From the NCBI GenBank assembly GCA_028284775.1, contig JANQRB010000154.1, positions 39,785-103,784 on the forward strand: a DNA stretch of 64,000 nt, read 5' to 3'. The translations under genes and the position numbers were made by a program. This DNA comes from Candidatus Kapaibacterium sp. (GTDB taxonomy: Bacteria > Bacteroidota > Ignavibacteria > Kapaibacteriales > UBA7675). Every line of letters starts with the position of its first letter. The first letter of the stretch is position 1. The notes beneath the pieces are model-generated. The model did no database searches and was not told the origin of the DNA. It worked only from the letters and a program-made list of their open reading frames with translations. Positions 1 to 10,941 of the stretch are shown one piece after another.

Positions 1-353
<353 letters not shown>

Positions 354-433
354 GTGGACCCAACACGTGCCGGGCGAGGGCGGTATGCACTGGCCTGTGA
401 TTGTCATTTTTCATTAAATCCAGGGATCGCGCG

Positions 434-1831
434 ATGATTGTTTTTGGTACCGACGGATGGCGCGGAGTTATCGCCCGCGACTTCACTTTTGATAACCTGC
501 ACTCAGTTGCCTTAGCGACCGCAATCTATGCCAAAAAAATCCAGCCGGAAAAGCCGGCAGTCGTGGTCGGCTACGATGCCCGCTTCCTGTCGCGGGAATT
601 CGCCGAGGATACGGCTTGTATCCTCGCCTCGAAGGGGGTACTGGTTCATCTGGCCAACGGCATTGCTTCCACGCCGCAGGTCTCCTTCGCCACCAAACAA
701 AAGAAGGCTACCTTGGGCGTTGTTATTACCGCCAGTCACAATCCAGCCAAGTACAACGGCTACAAGCTGAAAGGCAGCTTCGGCGGCCCGGCCTTTCCGG
801 AACAGATCAAAGACCTGGAAAAAGAACTTGGCAAAGTTCTCAAGAAAAAGCCCGCCATAAACTTCAAGTCGGTTGATGACTATATCAAAAGCAAGATGAT
901 TCGCCTCTTCAATGCCAAAGAATCTTATCTGCGGTATCTGAAGCGTAAAATCGACATCAAAGCAATTATCGATGCCGGCACTAAAGTTCTCTACGACCCC
1001 ATGCATGGCGCCGGGATCGATACCATCGGCCAGATTTTGCCGCAGGCCGATCAGATTCATGCAGACTTCAACCCTTCCTTTGGCGAGATCGATCATCCCG
1101 AGCCTATGGCGGAATACCTCGGCACGCTGCTTGAAAAGATGAAGGGCGGCGACTACGATATCGGCATTGCTACCGACGGCGACGCCGACCGCCTCGGCGC
1201 CGTCGACGAACAGGGCAATTTCGTCGATTCGCATCGGATCTTTATGCTTCTGCTGAAGTACTTGTATGAAGATAAACGCAAACGCGGTGCTGTCGCCAAA
1301 ACCGTTTCACTCACCTCCATGGTGAATAAATACTGTCAGCAAAAAGGCATCACTATCAAGGAAACGCCCGTTGGCTTTAAGCATATCGCCCAATTGATGG
1401 TCAAGGAAAAGATTCTGATCGGCGGCGAAGAGTCAGGCGGCCTGGGCACAATAGTCCACATTCCCGAGCGCGACGGTTTGTTTAACGCCCTGCTCCTGAT
1501 GGAGATGATGATTACGCGCAAGAAGTCGCTGAAGCAATTGTGCGACGAGCTGGATCAGGAGTTCGGCCTGCACCGCTATCGCCGCCGTGATGTGCTCGTC
1601 ACCGAGCGTATCAAACAGCAGGTACTTAAAGCGGCTGCGCGGCGTCCTAAGAAATTGGGACGTTACCTTATCACCGGATACGATACGACCGACGGCTTTA
1701 AGTTTTTCATCGAGAACGGCTGGATGCTGATCAGAGCTTCCGGCACGGAGCCGCTGCTGCGGTACTATGCCGAAGCCGACTCGCTTACTAAAGTCAATGA
1801 GATGCTGGACGAGGGGATGAAGCTGCGTTGA
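434..1831 (+). CDS. Phosphoglucomutase/phosphomannomutase family protein
   Basis: FGTDGWRG start, TASHNP phosphoserine loop, DGDADR metal loop, GGEESGG, RASGTEP. Confidence 0.95.
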   Translation: MIVFGTDGWRGVIARDFTFDNLHSVALATAIYAKKIQPEKPAVVVGYDARFLSREFAEDTACILASKGVLVHLANGIASTPQVSFATKQKKATLGVVITASHNPAKYNGYKLKGSFGGPAFPEQIKDLEKELGKVLKKKPAINFKSVDDYIKSKMIRLFNAKESYLRYLKRKIDIKAIIDAGTKVLYDPMHGAGIDTIGQILPQADQIHADFNPSFGEIDHPEPMAEYLGTLLEKMKGGDYDIGIATDGDADRLGAVDEQGNFVDSHRIFMLLLKYLYEDKRKRGAVAKTVSLTSMVNKYCQQKGITIKETPVGFKHIAQLMVKEKILIGGEESGGLGTIVHIPERDGLFNALLLMEMMITRKKSLKQLCDELDQEFGLHRYRRRDVLVTERIKQQVLKAAARRPKKLGRYLITGYDTTDGFKFFIENGWMLIRASGTEPLLRYYAEADSLTKVNEMLDEGMKLR

Positions 1832-2200
1832 GCCCGTCCCTCAGCCATGACGCGCCGTGTAGTTCGGTGCGTTAAGCCGAGGTATTAAGCAACATTTATC
1901 AGCGAAAATTGAGGCAGCGCGGTACTGACAAAGTGCCGCGCTGTCGTCGTTTTTACACAGATAAAAAAAATTTCTAACTCTTACTTTAAAGAGATATCTT
2001 GAAAATTTAGTGGAGAATAACAAAAATGAATTTCACGATGTCCCGCACCCTTGCCCGGACGCTTTGAATATCCGCCGGACCAACTGCACTAGTGCTGAGC
2101 ACAACTTGGGGTATTGTTCGATTTTTCATTACTGTCGAATCGCGGTTGAGAGCAGCCCTGCGATTATCGAATTCACATTCTAGCAACAGGAGAAATGTGT

Positions 2201-4330
2201 ATGAAAAAGTACGAGAGTGACCGAATCCGCAATGTCGCCTTGATGGGACATTCGGGTTCGGGAAAAACAACCCTTGCAGAGACGATGCTGTTTGAAGCCG
2301 GTGCCCTGAGCCGCCGTGGAACCGTCGAGGAAAGCAACACCGTTTCCGATTATCACGACGTTGAAATGGATCGCGGTAACTCGGTCTTCGGCACCCTGCT
2401 GCATGCGGAATGGCGCGATCACAAAATCAATATCGTCGATACTCCTGGTTATGATGATTTCGTAGGCGAAGTGCTCTCGGCCTTGCGCGTTGTGGATACC
2501 GGCATAATGGTGCTGGCGGCTTCCGACGGCGTTCAGGTGGGAACCGAGCTCATCTGGCAGCAGACGGTTCAGCTAAATACCCCAATGATTTTTGCGGTTA
2601 ATAAACTCGATCACGATAAATCCAACTTTGAGCAGACGGTCGAGCAGGCCAAGGATCGATTCGGACGATCGGTCACGGTCGTTCAGTATCCGCTCAATGA
2701 AGGCGGCAGTTTCAATACGATCGTCGACGTTCTTAAGATGACGGTCTATAAGTTTTCCGCTGAAGGCGGAAAGCCGGAAAAGCTGCCGATCCCGGCGGAG
2801 GAAAAAGAAAAGGCCGAGCAACTCCATAATGAGCTGATCGAATCCATCGCCGAAAACGATGAAGGACTGATGGAGCTGTACTTTGAAAAAGGCACGCTCG
2901 ATGAAGACGAAATGCGAGCCGGGCTCAAAGCCGGCCTGATGAAACGTCAGATCTTTCCCCTATTCTGTGTCTGCGGGCGTCGCAATATGGGCAGTGGCCG
3001 ACTGATGGGATTCATCGACAATGTCGCGCCCGCACCGGCTGATATGCCGCCAAAAAAATCTGTCGACGGCAGCGAGTTGCCATGTGATTCCAATGGTCCG
3101 CTGGTGTTGTTTGTTTACAAGACGCTGTCCGAAGCTCACGTCGGCGAGATGGCCTATTTCCGGGTCAGCTCGGGCAAACTTCATTCGGGCATGGATCTGG
3201 TTAATCAGGCCAACGGCGGCTCGGAGCGGGTGACGCACTTTTTTGCCGTGAACGGCAAGAAGCGCCAGGAAATCGATGAATTATACGCCGGCGACCTGGG
3301 GGCTACGGTCAAACTTAAGGATACCCACGCCAATCAGACTCTCCATGAAAAAGGCAAGCCGATTGCGATGCCGGCTGTTGCCTATCCCTCGTCCAAAGTT
3401 CGCACGGCCATTCGCCCGGCCAATGCCAAAGAAGAAGAAAAGCTGGCCGCTTCCCTTCATCGCCTGCACAAAGAGGATCCGACACTGATTGTGGAGCACT
3501 CGCAGGAACTGCGGCAGACCATCCTTCACGGTCAGGGCGAATTGCATTTCACCGTCGTCAAATGGAGCCTGGAACACCGCTTCGGCGTTCAGGCCGAGTT
3601 TATCCCGCCGCGTATTTCTTATCGCGAAACGATTCAACGATCGACGAAAGGTCATTACAAACACAAAAAACAGACCGGCGGCGCGGGGCAGTACGGCGAA
3701 GTCTACATGGTGCTGGAACCCTATACGGAAGGTATGGCGGCGACGCCGGATGTCAACGTCCGCCATACGGACGAGATCGAGCTGGAATGGGGCGGCAAAC
3801 TGGTCTACCAGAACTGCATCGTCGGCGGGGTGATCGACCAGCGCTTTTTACCCGCCATTCTGAAGGGCATCATGGACAAAATGGAGAACGGACCGCTGAC
3901 CGGCTGTTATGTACGCGACATCAGGGTCAGTATTTACGACGGCAGTATGCACTCGGTGGATTCCAATGAAGCCGCTTTCAAGACCGCGGCCTTAATGGCC
4001 TTCCGCGATGCTTTTGCCGAAGGCGATCCGAAGATCCTCGAGCCCATTTTTGAGGTGGAAGTCATCGTACCCGACGAGTATGTGGGGGATGTAATGAGCG
4101 ACCTGCCATCCCGTCGCGCGACAATTATCGGTATCGACGCCGACGGACATTACCAGCGCATCAAGGCCAAAATGCCGCAGGCCGAGCTCGACGGTTATTC
4201 AACGGCTTTGCGCGCCATGACGCAGGGGCGCGCCACCTATTCCGGCAGCTATGACGGCTATGCGCCGGTTCCGCACGATCTGCAGGACAAATTGATCGCT
4301 GCGCACAAAAAGTCGGAGGAAGATGCCTAG
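2201..4330 (+). CDS. fusA: Elongation factor G paralog (EF-G2-like), outside the str operon
   Basis: GHSGSGKT, DTPG, NKLD, KKQTGGAGQYG, HSVDSNE; AGGAG upstream of the ATG at 2201. Confidence 0.9.
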   Translation: MKKYESDRIRNVALMGHSGSGKTTLAETMLFEAGALSRRGTVEESNTVSDYHDVEMDRGNSVFGTLLHAEWRDHKINIVDTPGYDDFVGEVLSALRVVDTGIMVLAASDGVQVGTELIWQQTVQLNTPMIFAVNKLDHDKSNFEQTVEQAKDRFGRSVTVVQYPLNEGGSFNTIVDVLKMTVYKFSAEGGKPEKLPIPAEEKEKAEQLHNELIESIAENDEGLMELYFEKGTLDEDEMRAGLKAGLMKRQIFPLFCVCGRRNMGSGRLMGFIDNVAPAPADMPPKKSVDGSELPCDSNGPLVLFVYKTLSEAHVGEMAYFRVSSGKLHSGMDLVNQANGGSERVTHFFAVNGKKRQEIDELYAGDLGATVKLKDTHANQTLHEKGKPIAMPAVAYPSSKVRTAIRPANAKEEEKLAASLHRLHKEDPTLIVEHSQELRQTILHGQGELHFTVVKWSLEHRFGVQAEFIPPRISYRETIQRSTKGHYKHKKQTGGAGQYGEVYMVLEPYTEGMAATPDVNVRHTDEIELEWGGKLVYQNCIVGGVIDQRFLPAILKGIMDKMENGPLTGCYVRDIRVSIYDGSMHSVDSNEAAFKTAALMAFRDAFAEGDPKILEPIFEVEVIVPDEYVGDVMSDLPSRRATIIGIDADGHYQRIKAKMPQAELDGYSTALRAMTQGRATYSGSYDGYAPVPHDLQDKLIAAHKKSEEDA

Positions 4331-4368
4331 CGCGGTATCCGGCCGGCAGCAATAATATTCAAAATTGA

Positions 4369-4407
4369 AAGGGGCGCGTCGATTCATCGACTGCGCCCTT
4401 ATTTTTT
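4369..4407 (+). terminator. Intrinsic terminator after the EF-G paralog
   Basis: GGGGCGCGTCGA-TTCA-TCGACTGCGCCCTT followed by ATTTTTT. Confidence 0.8.
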
Positions 4408-4805
4408 GCCAATTCGACAGTGACGGCTTTCCCTGTTTTCGTGTCTTGATCCGGCAACCGGCATGCAAGGAACCGGCGACAAACTGCGGCTTCGGATTGT
4501 CATTCCGGCATACTTATGAAGCTTCGGTGAGCATGCTAGCGTTAAAAATGTGCATAATTTGAAACTATGCGGTTTCGGTGATTGCAATATCTCGACGAGA
4601 GAATTATTATAGTAGCGTTCCCGCTGCTGGGTTCCGACCCGCTCAATGATGCCGGTGCATGGCGACGTCCCGATCAAAGTACATCGCCCGTGTGAAACTT
4701 TCATGAGCACAAGTGTTTCTTGCTATGATGTCGGCCGGAATTCAGGGAATTAATCGTCCACACAATGAGCAACCAGAGTCTGCCGTGAAGTTCAAAGGAA
4801 TCTCT

Positions 4806-7175
4806 ATGCAAAGCTATATAGTACAATTGGCGGGGATTGTCGTCTTCGCACTGTGTGCAATTACACCAGCGCCGGCGCAATGGCTGAAAAGCACCAATAT
4901 ACCCGCGCCCTACGACAACAATCACTGGCTGGATGTCTATTTTCTGCGCAGCAACCCCGATTTCGGCTGGGTCTGCGGCTTTCAGGGTTTTGTGATCCGT
5001 ACAACCGACGGCGGAGCGACCTGGCAGGGGAGCCAGATACCGAATGCCTTTCATCTGGAAAGCGTCAATTTTCCCACGGAGCGCATCGGCTATTGCACCG
5101 GACCGGCCGGCGTTTTCAAATCTACCGATGGCGGCGAGACCTGGCGCGACATTCGTCCTGCCAGCGCCGAACAGAACGGCGGCGGCTTTCCGCCCACCTG
5201 GCGCATTTGGGGCTGTTACTTCTTTGATGCCGATAACGGCTATATGGTCGGCGGCGGCTGCGGCAACAGTCCACAGCAGTTTTTCCGGACGACTAACGGC
5301 GGGACAACCTGGTCGAAATTCACGCTGAATAACGGGCAGTCCGGCCTGACGGATGTTGTGGTGTATGATCTCAACGGGCTGGGCTATGCCGCCGGCAGCG
5401 GCTACGTGTATCAGACCTTCGACGGCGGGCGCAGCTGGCAATCCCTGACAACGACCGGCTCGCGCGTATGGCATGAAGAGGTCACCAATGTCAATCAGTC
5501 TTTCCTGGTACCGGTCGCCGGGACCGATTGTTCGGGCGGCGGACTGAATGTAGGCGGAATGCGCTTCAGTACGGATGGCGGCAGCACCTGGGAAAGTGAA
5601 GTTGTCCCGGATCGAATGTATGGCGCGTATCTTGCCGATGAGCGGACCGGTTGGGCCTGCGGCCTGACAGGTCTTGTCTATTACACGGACGATGCCGGTG
5701 TTACCTGGGACTTGCGGAATTGCGGCATCGATGACAATGACAGTCTCGACGACATGTATTTTATCGATGAAGATCGCGGTTGGGTGGTAGGCAACGGCGT
5801 GTATCGTTCAAACTTTTTCGTGCTCGATCCGCCCGTGGTAAGCGCAAACGGCCCCCTGACATTTTGTGAAGGCGGCAACGTGGAATTGACGGCTTCGGAA
5901 GGATATGCCTTGTATCGCTGGTCAAATGGCGAGTTCGGCCGTTCGATTACAGTCGAAGAATCCGGCGACTATACCGTCCGGGTGGCGGATATTACCGGTT
6001 GTCACCGCGCCGAAGCAACGGTCAGCGTCGAGATTGTGCCGCGTCCACTGCCGGTCATCAGTGCTGAAGGCAACGCGACGGTACTTTGTGAAGGTGAAAC
6101 GATTCGTCTGAGCGTAGCGGAAGGCTATGCAAACTACGAATGGTCCAACGGCGCCACCGAGCCCAGTATCCTGGTAAGCGAGGCGGGCGAATTCAGCGTC
6201 ACGGTAACGGATGAGAATGGTTGCACGGGAGTATCGGCGCCTTTCAACGTGCGCATCGTGCCCAATCCCGAACCCGAGATCGAACTGTCCGGCCTGCCCT
6301 TTTTCTGCCGGGGCGAAACGGTGGAATTGTCCGTAAAAAGCGAATATGATTCCTACCTTTGGTCCACCGGCGAAACGACACGACGCATTGCGGTCGGTGA
6401 AGCGGGACTGTATTCGGTGACCGTTACCGATGTCAACGGCTGTACGGGGACTGCCGCCGCCGTGGAAGTACGACTGCGCGCCGATGCCGATCAATTGCGC
6501 ATCATTTCCAATCTGGCGGATGGTGTTTACATCTTTCCCGACCGGCATACGGGCGTACTCTTCTGCGGCGAAATTGAACTTGAAAACACCTCGCCGACTG
6601 ACTTGGTCGAAATTCCAGTCGCCAGCCTGCTTCGCAACATTGAATTCTCACTGCCGCGCAGTCAATTCCCGCTCGTCCTGCAGCCGGGCCAACGCAAGTC
6701 GCTGCGTGTTTGTTTTACGCCCCGGCAACTCGGCGAATTTCGCGACACGCTGATTCTGCCGGAACAGTGTCTGCCGCCGCTGGCTTTATTGGGACAGGGC
6801 GTGCCGCAGATTTTCAGTGCACATAGCGACTGTGATGTCGACCTCAGCGCGCGTACAGCCGAAACGCCGGATGGAATTCTGGCCTCATTCCAACCATTTC
6901 CGAATCCGGCCGCCCGGGAATTCACCGCGCCCATGCAAAAAACTTTTGAAATCGGTCAGGCCGGTGTTACCGAACGCTGTTGCCTCTATGACAGATTCGG
7001 CAGCCTTGTGGCTGAAGGCCGGTACCGCAGGACGGAACGCAGCAGCAACGGCGACACCGTGTACGAATGGGGTGAATTTGTCGTCAATGTCGAAGGCCTG
7101 TCGCAGGGCCTGTATTATCTCAGTATTCAGTCCGAAGGCGCTGTCCTTTCGTATGCGGTCGCCATCGCCCGTTGA
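4806..7175 (+). CDS. Secreted protein: YCF48/BNR-type beta-propeller, three Ig-like repeats, a further Ig domain and a probable T9SS C-terminal domain
   Basis: Signal peptide; repeated TxDGGxTW Asp-boxes; three (F/L)CxGxxVxL...WSxG...GxYxVxVxDxxGC repeats; PFPNPA and GLYYL near the C-terminus. Confidence 0.8.
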   Translation: MQSYIVQLAGIVVFALCAITPAPAQWLKSTNIPAPYDNNHWLDVYFLRSNPDFGWVCGFQGFVIRTTDGGATWQGSQIPNAFHLESVNFPTERIGYCTGPAGVFKSTDGGETWRDIRPASAEQNGGGFPPTWRIWGCYFFDADNGYMVGGGCGNSPQQFFRTTNGGTTWSKFTLNNGQSGLTDVVVYDLNGLGYAAGSGYVYQTFDGGRSWQSLTTTGSRVWHEEVTNVNQSFLVPVAGTDCSGGGLNVGGMRFSTDGGSTWESEVVPDRMYGAYLADERTGWACGLTGLVYYTDDAGVTWDLRNCGIDDNDSLDDMYFIDEDRGWVVGNGVYRSNFFVLDPPVVSANGPLTFCEGGNVELTASEGYALYRWSNGEFGRSITVEESGDYTVRVADITGCHRAEATVSVEIVPRPLPVISAEGNATVLCEGETIRLSVAEGYANYEWSNGATEPSILVSEAGEFSVTVTDENGCTGVSAPFNVRIVPNPEPEIELSGLPFFCRGETVELSVKSEYDSYLWSTGETTRRIAVGEAGLYSVTVTDVNGCTGTAAAVEVRLRADADQLRIISNLADGVYIFPDRHTGVLFCGEIELENTSPTDLVEIPVASLLRNIEFSLPRSQFPLVLQPGQRKSLRVCFTPRQLGEFRDTLILPEQCLPPLALLGQGVPQIFSAHSDCDVDLSARTAETPDGILASFQPFPNPAAREFTAPMQKTFEIGQAGVTERCCLYDRFGSLVAEGRYRRTERSSNGDTVYEWGEFVVNVEGLSQGLYYLSIQSEGAVLSYAVAIAR

Positions 7176-7587
7176 GAACCGGACTGAAAAGTGATGAGCC
7201 TCGAAATTTTGCCCTTGCGCTGACAGGCGCACTTCACTATGTTTAACGCATTCATACCCTTCGGATAATCGCTTCAATCTTGTACCCTCGGAAAGTACAT
7301 TATTATCACAGATCGGATAGCCCCTCCGATCATTAATCATCATCATTCGTTCCTGAATGAGTCAGGCGTATCGTCGTACAACGAAGCGCCCGCATGATAA
7401 TTTATAGGATGCTATAGTCTTACTTGCCACGAATTGTATTAACAGGTCTGAACCGTAACACCGGCCCGCGGCAGCGGCTGGCTGGTTCAATTTCAAGGGC
7501 TCCTATCCTGAACGTCGCTTAACACCTTTTCATAACTGTCTCCTCTTCCTGATTCGGCTATGATAGCCGCCTTAAGAGAGTGGGCAG

Positions 7588-7612
7588 CGCAATTGTTGTC
7601 GCAACAATTGTG
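7588..7612. promoter_or_regulatory. Inverted repeat, possible operator upstream of the sugar transferase gene
   Basis: CAATTGTTG-TCG-CAACAATTG, perfect 9-bp arms. Confidence 0.4.
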
Positions 7613-7740
7613 AAAACAGGCAGCCGGTACTAAAAACTGGACTGTGAATCTGTGTTGTACTTCGAAGACGAGGGAATCTATCGGAATATCTGTTTCGACG
7701 TGTAATTGTTTTTGTTTTACAACTCTGCGAAACGGAACTT

Positions 7741-8415
7741 ATGGATTCTACATTGTATGGTCTCAATAGCGATCGACAAGGCCTCAACTTTGAATTGGCA
7801 ATACCAAGGCTCAGCCTGACTGCTAAACGTACAATCGATTTCTTCGGCTCTCTTCTGATTCTGCTGTTCTTGCTGCCATTGCTGCTGCTGGTCGCAATTA
7901 TGGTCAGGTGCAGCTCGCGCGGCCCCGTCTTTTATGTGCAGTCGCGCGTCGGGTATCGAGGCCGAAATTTTCGCTTGTACAAATTCAGAACAATGATCGT
8001 AGATCAGGATCACTGCGCGGAGATTCAACGTGTTAAACAGCTTGCCAGGCAAGGCATATTGCTTAAATTGAAGAACGATAGTCGAATAACGCCGATCGGC
8101 CGTATTCTCAGACGCACGAGCATCGATGAGCTGCCTCAGTTGCTCAATGTTCTGAAGGGTGAGATGAGTCTCGTTGGGCCGCGGCCCCTTGCGCCCTTTC
8201 TGCTGGATCCTTATCCTGAATTCAGCCGGATTCGATCGCTTGTTAAGCCGGGGATTACCGGTCTGTGGCAGATTCGCGCGCGTGAGTTGAATACCAATGC
8301 CGCCTATATGATGGAGCATGACGTGGAGTACATTCGCAGGTTCGGCTTCCGGCTTGATCTCGCGATTCTGCTGCGTACGATCCCCGTCTGCCTTAGCGGC
8401 AAAGGAGCCTATTAA
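7741..8415 (+). CDS. Bacterial sugar transferase (polyprenyl-phosphate glycosyl-1-phosphate transferase)
   Basis: KRTIDF plus TM helix, YKFRTM, RRTSIDELPQLLNVLKGEMSLVGPRP, KPGITGLWQ. Confidence 0.93.
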   Translation: MDSTLYGLNSDRQGLNFELAIPRLSLTAKRTIDFFGSLLILLFLLPLLLLVAIMVRCSSRGPVFYVQSRVGYRGRNFRLYKFRTMIVDQDHCAEIQRVKQLARQGILLKLKNDSRITPIGRILRRTSIDELPQLLNVLKGEMSLVGPRPLAPFLLDPYPEFSRIRSLVKPGITGLWQIRARELNTNAAYMMEHDVEYIRRFGFRLDLAILLRTIPVCLSGKGAY

Positions 8416-8438
8416 CAATCCCTGGTGAGTGTCAGCGG

Positions 8439-9572
8439 ATGGAAGGAAGTTTGCAAGCCATCGAAACGCCATTTGTGCTGCTAGATTACACGCGTCTGCG
8501 GGGCAACATCCGCCGTATGCAGGCACTGGCCACGGAGCATGCCATGCATTTGCGGCCACATTGCAAAACGCATAAGTGCATCGAAATAGCGCACATGCAA
8601 ATCGAGGCCGGAGCTGTCGGCCTCACAGCGGCAACGTCTGAGGAAGCCCGCTACTTTATGTCGCAGGGAGTTGCCTCTATCACCCTGGCCTTTCCGATGA
8701 TCAGCGCTGCACAGCTTGACCGTTTGCTGGCCTGCGCCCGCAGGCACGGCGCCGACCTGCGTCTGATCGTCGATAGTTTCGCCGGACTGCACGCGCTCAG
8801 TGCGGCTGCCCGGCGTCAGGAATATCCAGCAGGCGTCTATCTAAAGGTCGATGTTGGCTTGCATCGCTGCGGTCTCACAGCCGGGAGTGAAGACATTCCA
8901 GTCTTAACAAAAGAGATCCTGGCCGATGGTCGGCTTAAATTCTGCGGTCTGCTGGCGCATGCCGGCCACGCATATATGGCGAAAGTATTTGATGAACTGC
9001 GCCTCGTGGCCCAGGAAGAACGCGCTATCCTGAACCAGGTAAGGAATCATCTGAGTGAAAGCCGCATCGATTGTCCGGAAATTTCGGTCGGAGCGACGCC
9101 AAGCGTCTTAGCCTGCGATGACTTCAGCGGCATAACGGAACTCCGGCCGGGTAACTATGTCTTTCTCGATGCAACGGCACTGATGCTTGGTGTTGCTCAG
9201 ATTCAGGATGTCGCCCTCACCGTTCTGGCGACCGTTGTCAGTGTTAACAAACACTACTGGATTATCGATGCCGGCTCCAAGACGCTTAGCTCGGACAGGG
9301 GGGCGCACGGCAGCAGCTCCCTGCAGGCTTATGGCTGGGCCTGGCCGCTTCAACATTTTGGCGCCGAGGACTATCGCCTCGACATTGTTCGTCTTTCCGA
9401 AGAGCACGGATTTATCGCTCGTTCCGAGCTCGACTTGAGCATTGGCGATCGGGTCAGAATCATTCCAAATCATGCGTGTGTTGTCGCCAACCTCGCCGCT
9501 GAATATGTTGTGCAGGGCGCGGGCGCCGCAGTCGAGCGCTGGCCGGTAGCCGCCCGTGGCTTTGCCCTGTAA
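8439..9572 (+). CDS. PLP-dependent D-serine dehydratase / D-threonine aldolase family enzyme (alanine racemase fold)
   Basis: RPHCKTHK, VDVGLHRCG, RPGNYVF, DAGSK, SEEHG, IPNHAC. Confidence 0.88.
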   Translation: MEGSLQAIETPFVLLDYTRLRGNIRRMQALATEHAMHLRPHCKTHKCIEIAHMQIEAGAVGLTAATSEEARYFMSQGVASITLAFPMISAAQLDRLLACARRHGADLRLIVDSFAGLHALSAAARRQEYPAGVYLKVDVGLHRCGLTAGSEDIPVLTKEILADGRLKFCGLLAHAGHAYMAKVFDELRLVAQEERAILNQVRNHLSESRIDCPEISVGATPSVLACDDFSGITELRPGNYVFLDATALMLGVAQIQDVALTVLATVVSVNKHYWIIDAGSKTLSSDRGAHGSSSLQAYGWAWPLQHFGAEDYRLDIVRLSEEHGFIARSELDLSIGDRVRIIPNHACVVANLAAEYVVQGAGAAVERWPVAARGFAL

Positions 9573-9595
9573 AAAGGCCTGTGTATCTTAGCTCT

Positions 9596-10813
9596 ATGGT
9601 GACCGCCCGGGACGAACTGCTTCCATTCTCGATTTGTGATCCTGGTGAACGACTGTCCCGTCAGCGCAGCGGGCTGTGCCTGCCCATTGTTATTCTCGCA
9701 TCGATCCTTCTCCATGGGATGCCGGGGCTGGCGGCGGATACGGCAAGCTACGGGCAATTGCAGCCCGCCTATGCCCAACGCAACCAAAGTTTGGCAAACC
9801 TGGCGGACACAGATCGCGGCCAGTTCTCCCTGCTTTTCCGTTGCCGGTTGCAACCTGTCTTTGACCTGGGCCAATCGACAAAATTGATTTTTGCCTATGA
9901 GGCTGCCGGTCTGCTCTATACCGCCGCTCCGCTGCTGGCCGAAACAGTGGCGACGGGAGCGCGCCAGCTCGTCAGGCTTCACTGGCGTCCATTGAGCGGC
10001 GATCGCCACAGCATTCGTCATGGAGTAGAGCGCTTCTACCTGGCCCATCATGAAGCAGGCTGGCAATTGAGTGTCGGGCGCCGACAATTCGATTGGAGCG
10101 TCGGGACATTCTGGCATCCGGTCGATTTCTTTTTGCCGCCTGACCCGACCGACTTCAGTCGGCCGGAACAGGAAGGCGCCGATGTTGTAGCGCTGTCCGC
10201 GCGTCTGAGCGACAGCCTTGGGATTGATCTCGTGCTTAATCCCGTTCAGCGGCACTCCTTTAACGGCTTAGTTCGTATGTCGCTCATATCGGGGTATTGG
10301 CAAGCCGCGCTGCAGGCCGGACGCGTGGAAGATCGTTTCGCGGCGGGGGCGGTCCTGGAGCAGAGCTTAGATAATGTGAGGGCCTACTGTGAGGCGGCCT
10401 ATCACGGGCCTGCAATCGGAGAGCGCGGATTTGCCAGGCTGCTTCTCGGCTTACACATCGAGAGCAATGATGAGAGGAATCGGGGCGCGCTGGAGTACCA
10501 TTTCAACGGCGAAGGCCCGACGGACCATTCGGAATACGATCTGCTGCGTCTGTTCAGGAATGAAATTATCAACCTCGGTCAGCATTATCTCGCCGCCCGG
10601 ATCTGGCATCGTTTCAATGCGGCATCGCGCGTGCAGGCGGACAACGTACTTAACCTCGTCGACGGCAGCGGCCTGTTCCACATTTGGAGTGACTACATGT
10701 TCGCACCATCACTGACCCTGCGCGCCGGAGTCCAGGTGCCCTACGCCCGCTCCCTGCGCGAATACTGGTACTATGCGCGCAGCGTCTATCTTGCCCTGCG
10801 CGCGTATTTTTAA
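9596..10813 (+). CDS. Hypothetical protein, probable outer-membrane beta-barrel (start uncertain)
   Basis: Hydrophobic signal-like segment, GRRQFDWSVG..WHPVD motif, alternating beta-strand pattern, C-terminal YLALRAYF. Confidence 0.6.
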   Translation: MVTARDELLPFSICDPGERLSRQRSGLCLPIVILASILLHGMPGLAADTASYGQLQPAYAQRNQSLANLADTDRGQFSLLFRCRLQPVFDLGQSTKLIFAYEAAGLLYTAAPLLAETVATGARQLVRLHWRPLSGDRHSIRHGVERFYLAHHEAGWQLSVGRRQFDWSVGTFWHPVDFFLPPDPTDFSRPEQEGADVVALSARLSDSLGIDLVLNPVQRHSFNGLVRMSLISGYWQAALQAGRVEDRFAAGAVLEQSLDNVRAYCEAAYHGPAIGERGFARLLLGLHIESNDERNRGALEYHFNGEGPTDHSEYDLLRLFRNEIINLGQHYLAARIWHRFNAASRVQADNVLNLVDGSGLFHIWSDYMFAPSLTLRAGVQVPYARSLREYWYYARSVYLALRAYF

Positions 10814-10941
10814 ATCTTTTGGTCCTTGTCGGCGTTTATACGATATTAGCCCGGCGCCGCCAGCAGCGCATACCTTCAAGGGTAATCTTCCGATTCCAGC
10901 AATGAAAGATCAGTTTTGGCAACAATCTGCTACGTGAGTCG

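Noticed and set aside
2201..4330. Divergent EF-G as a novelty
   Set aside because: The switch I variant RGNSV and location outside the str operon fit the known EF-G2 paralog class
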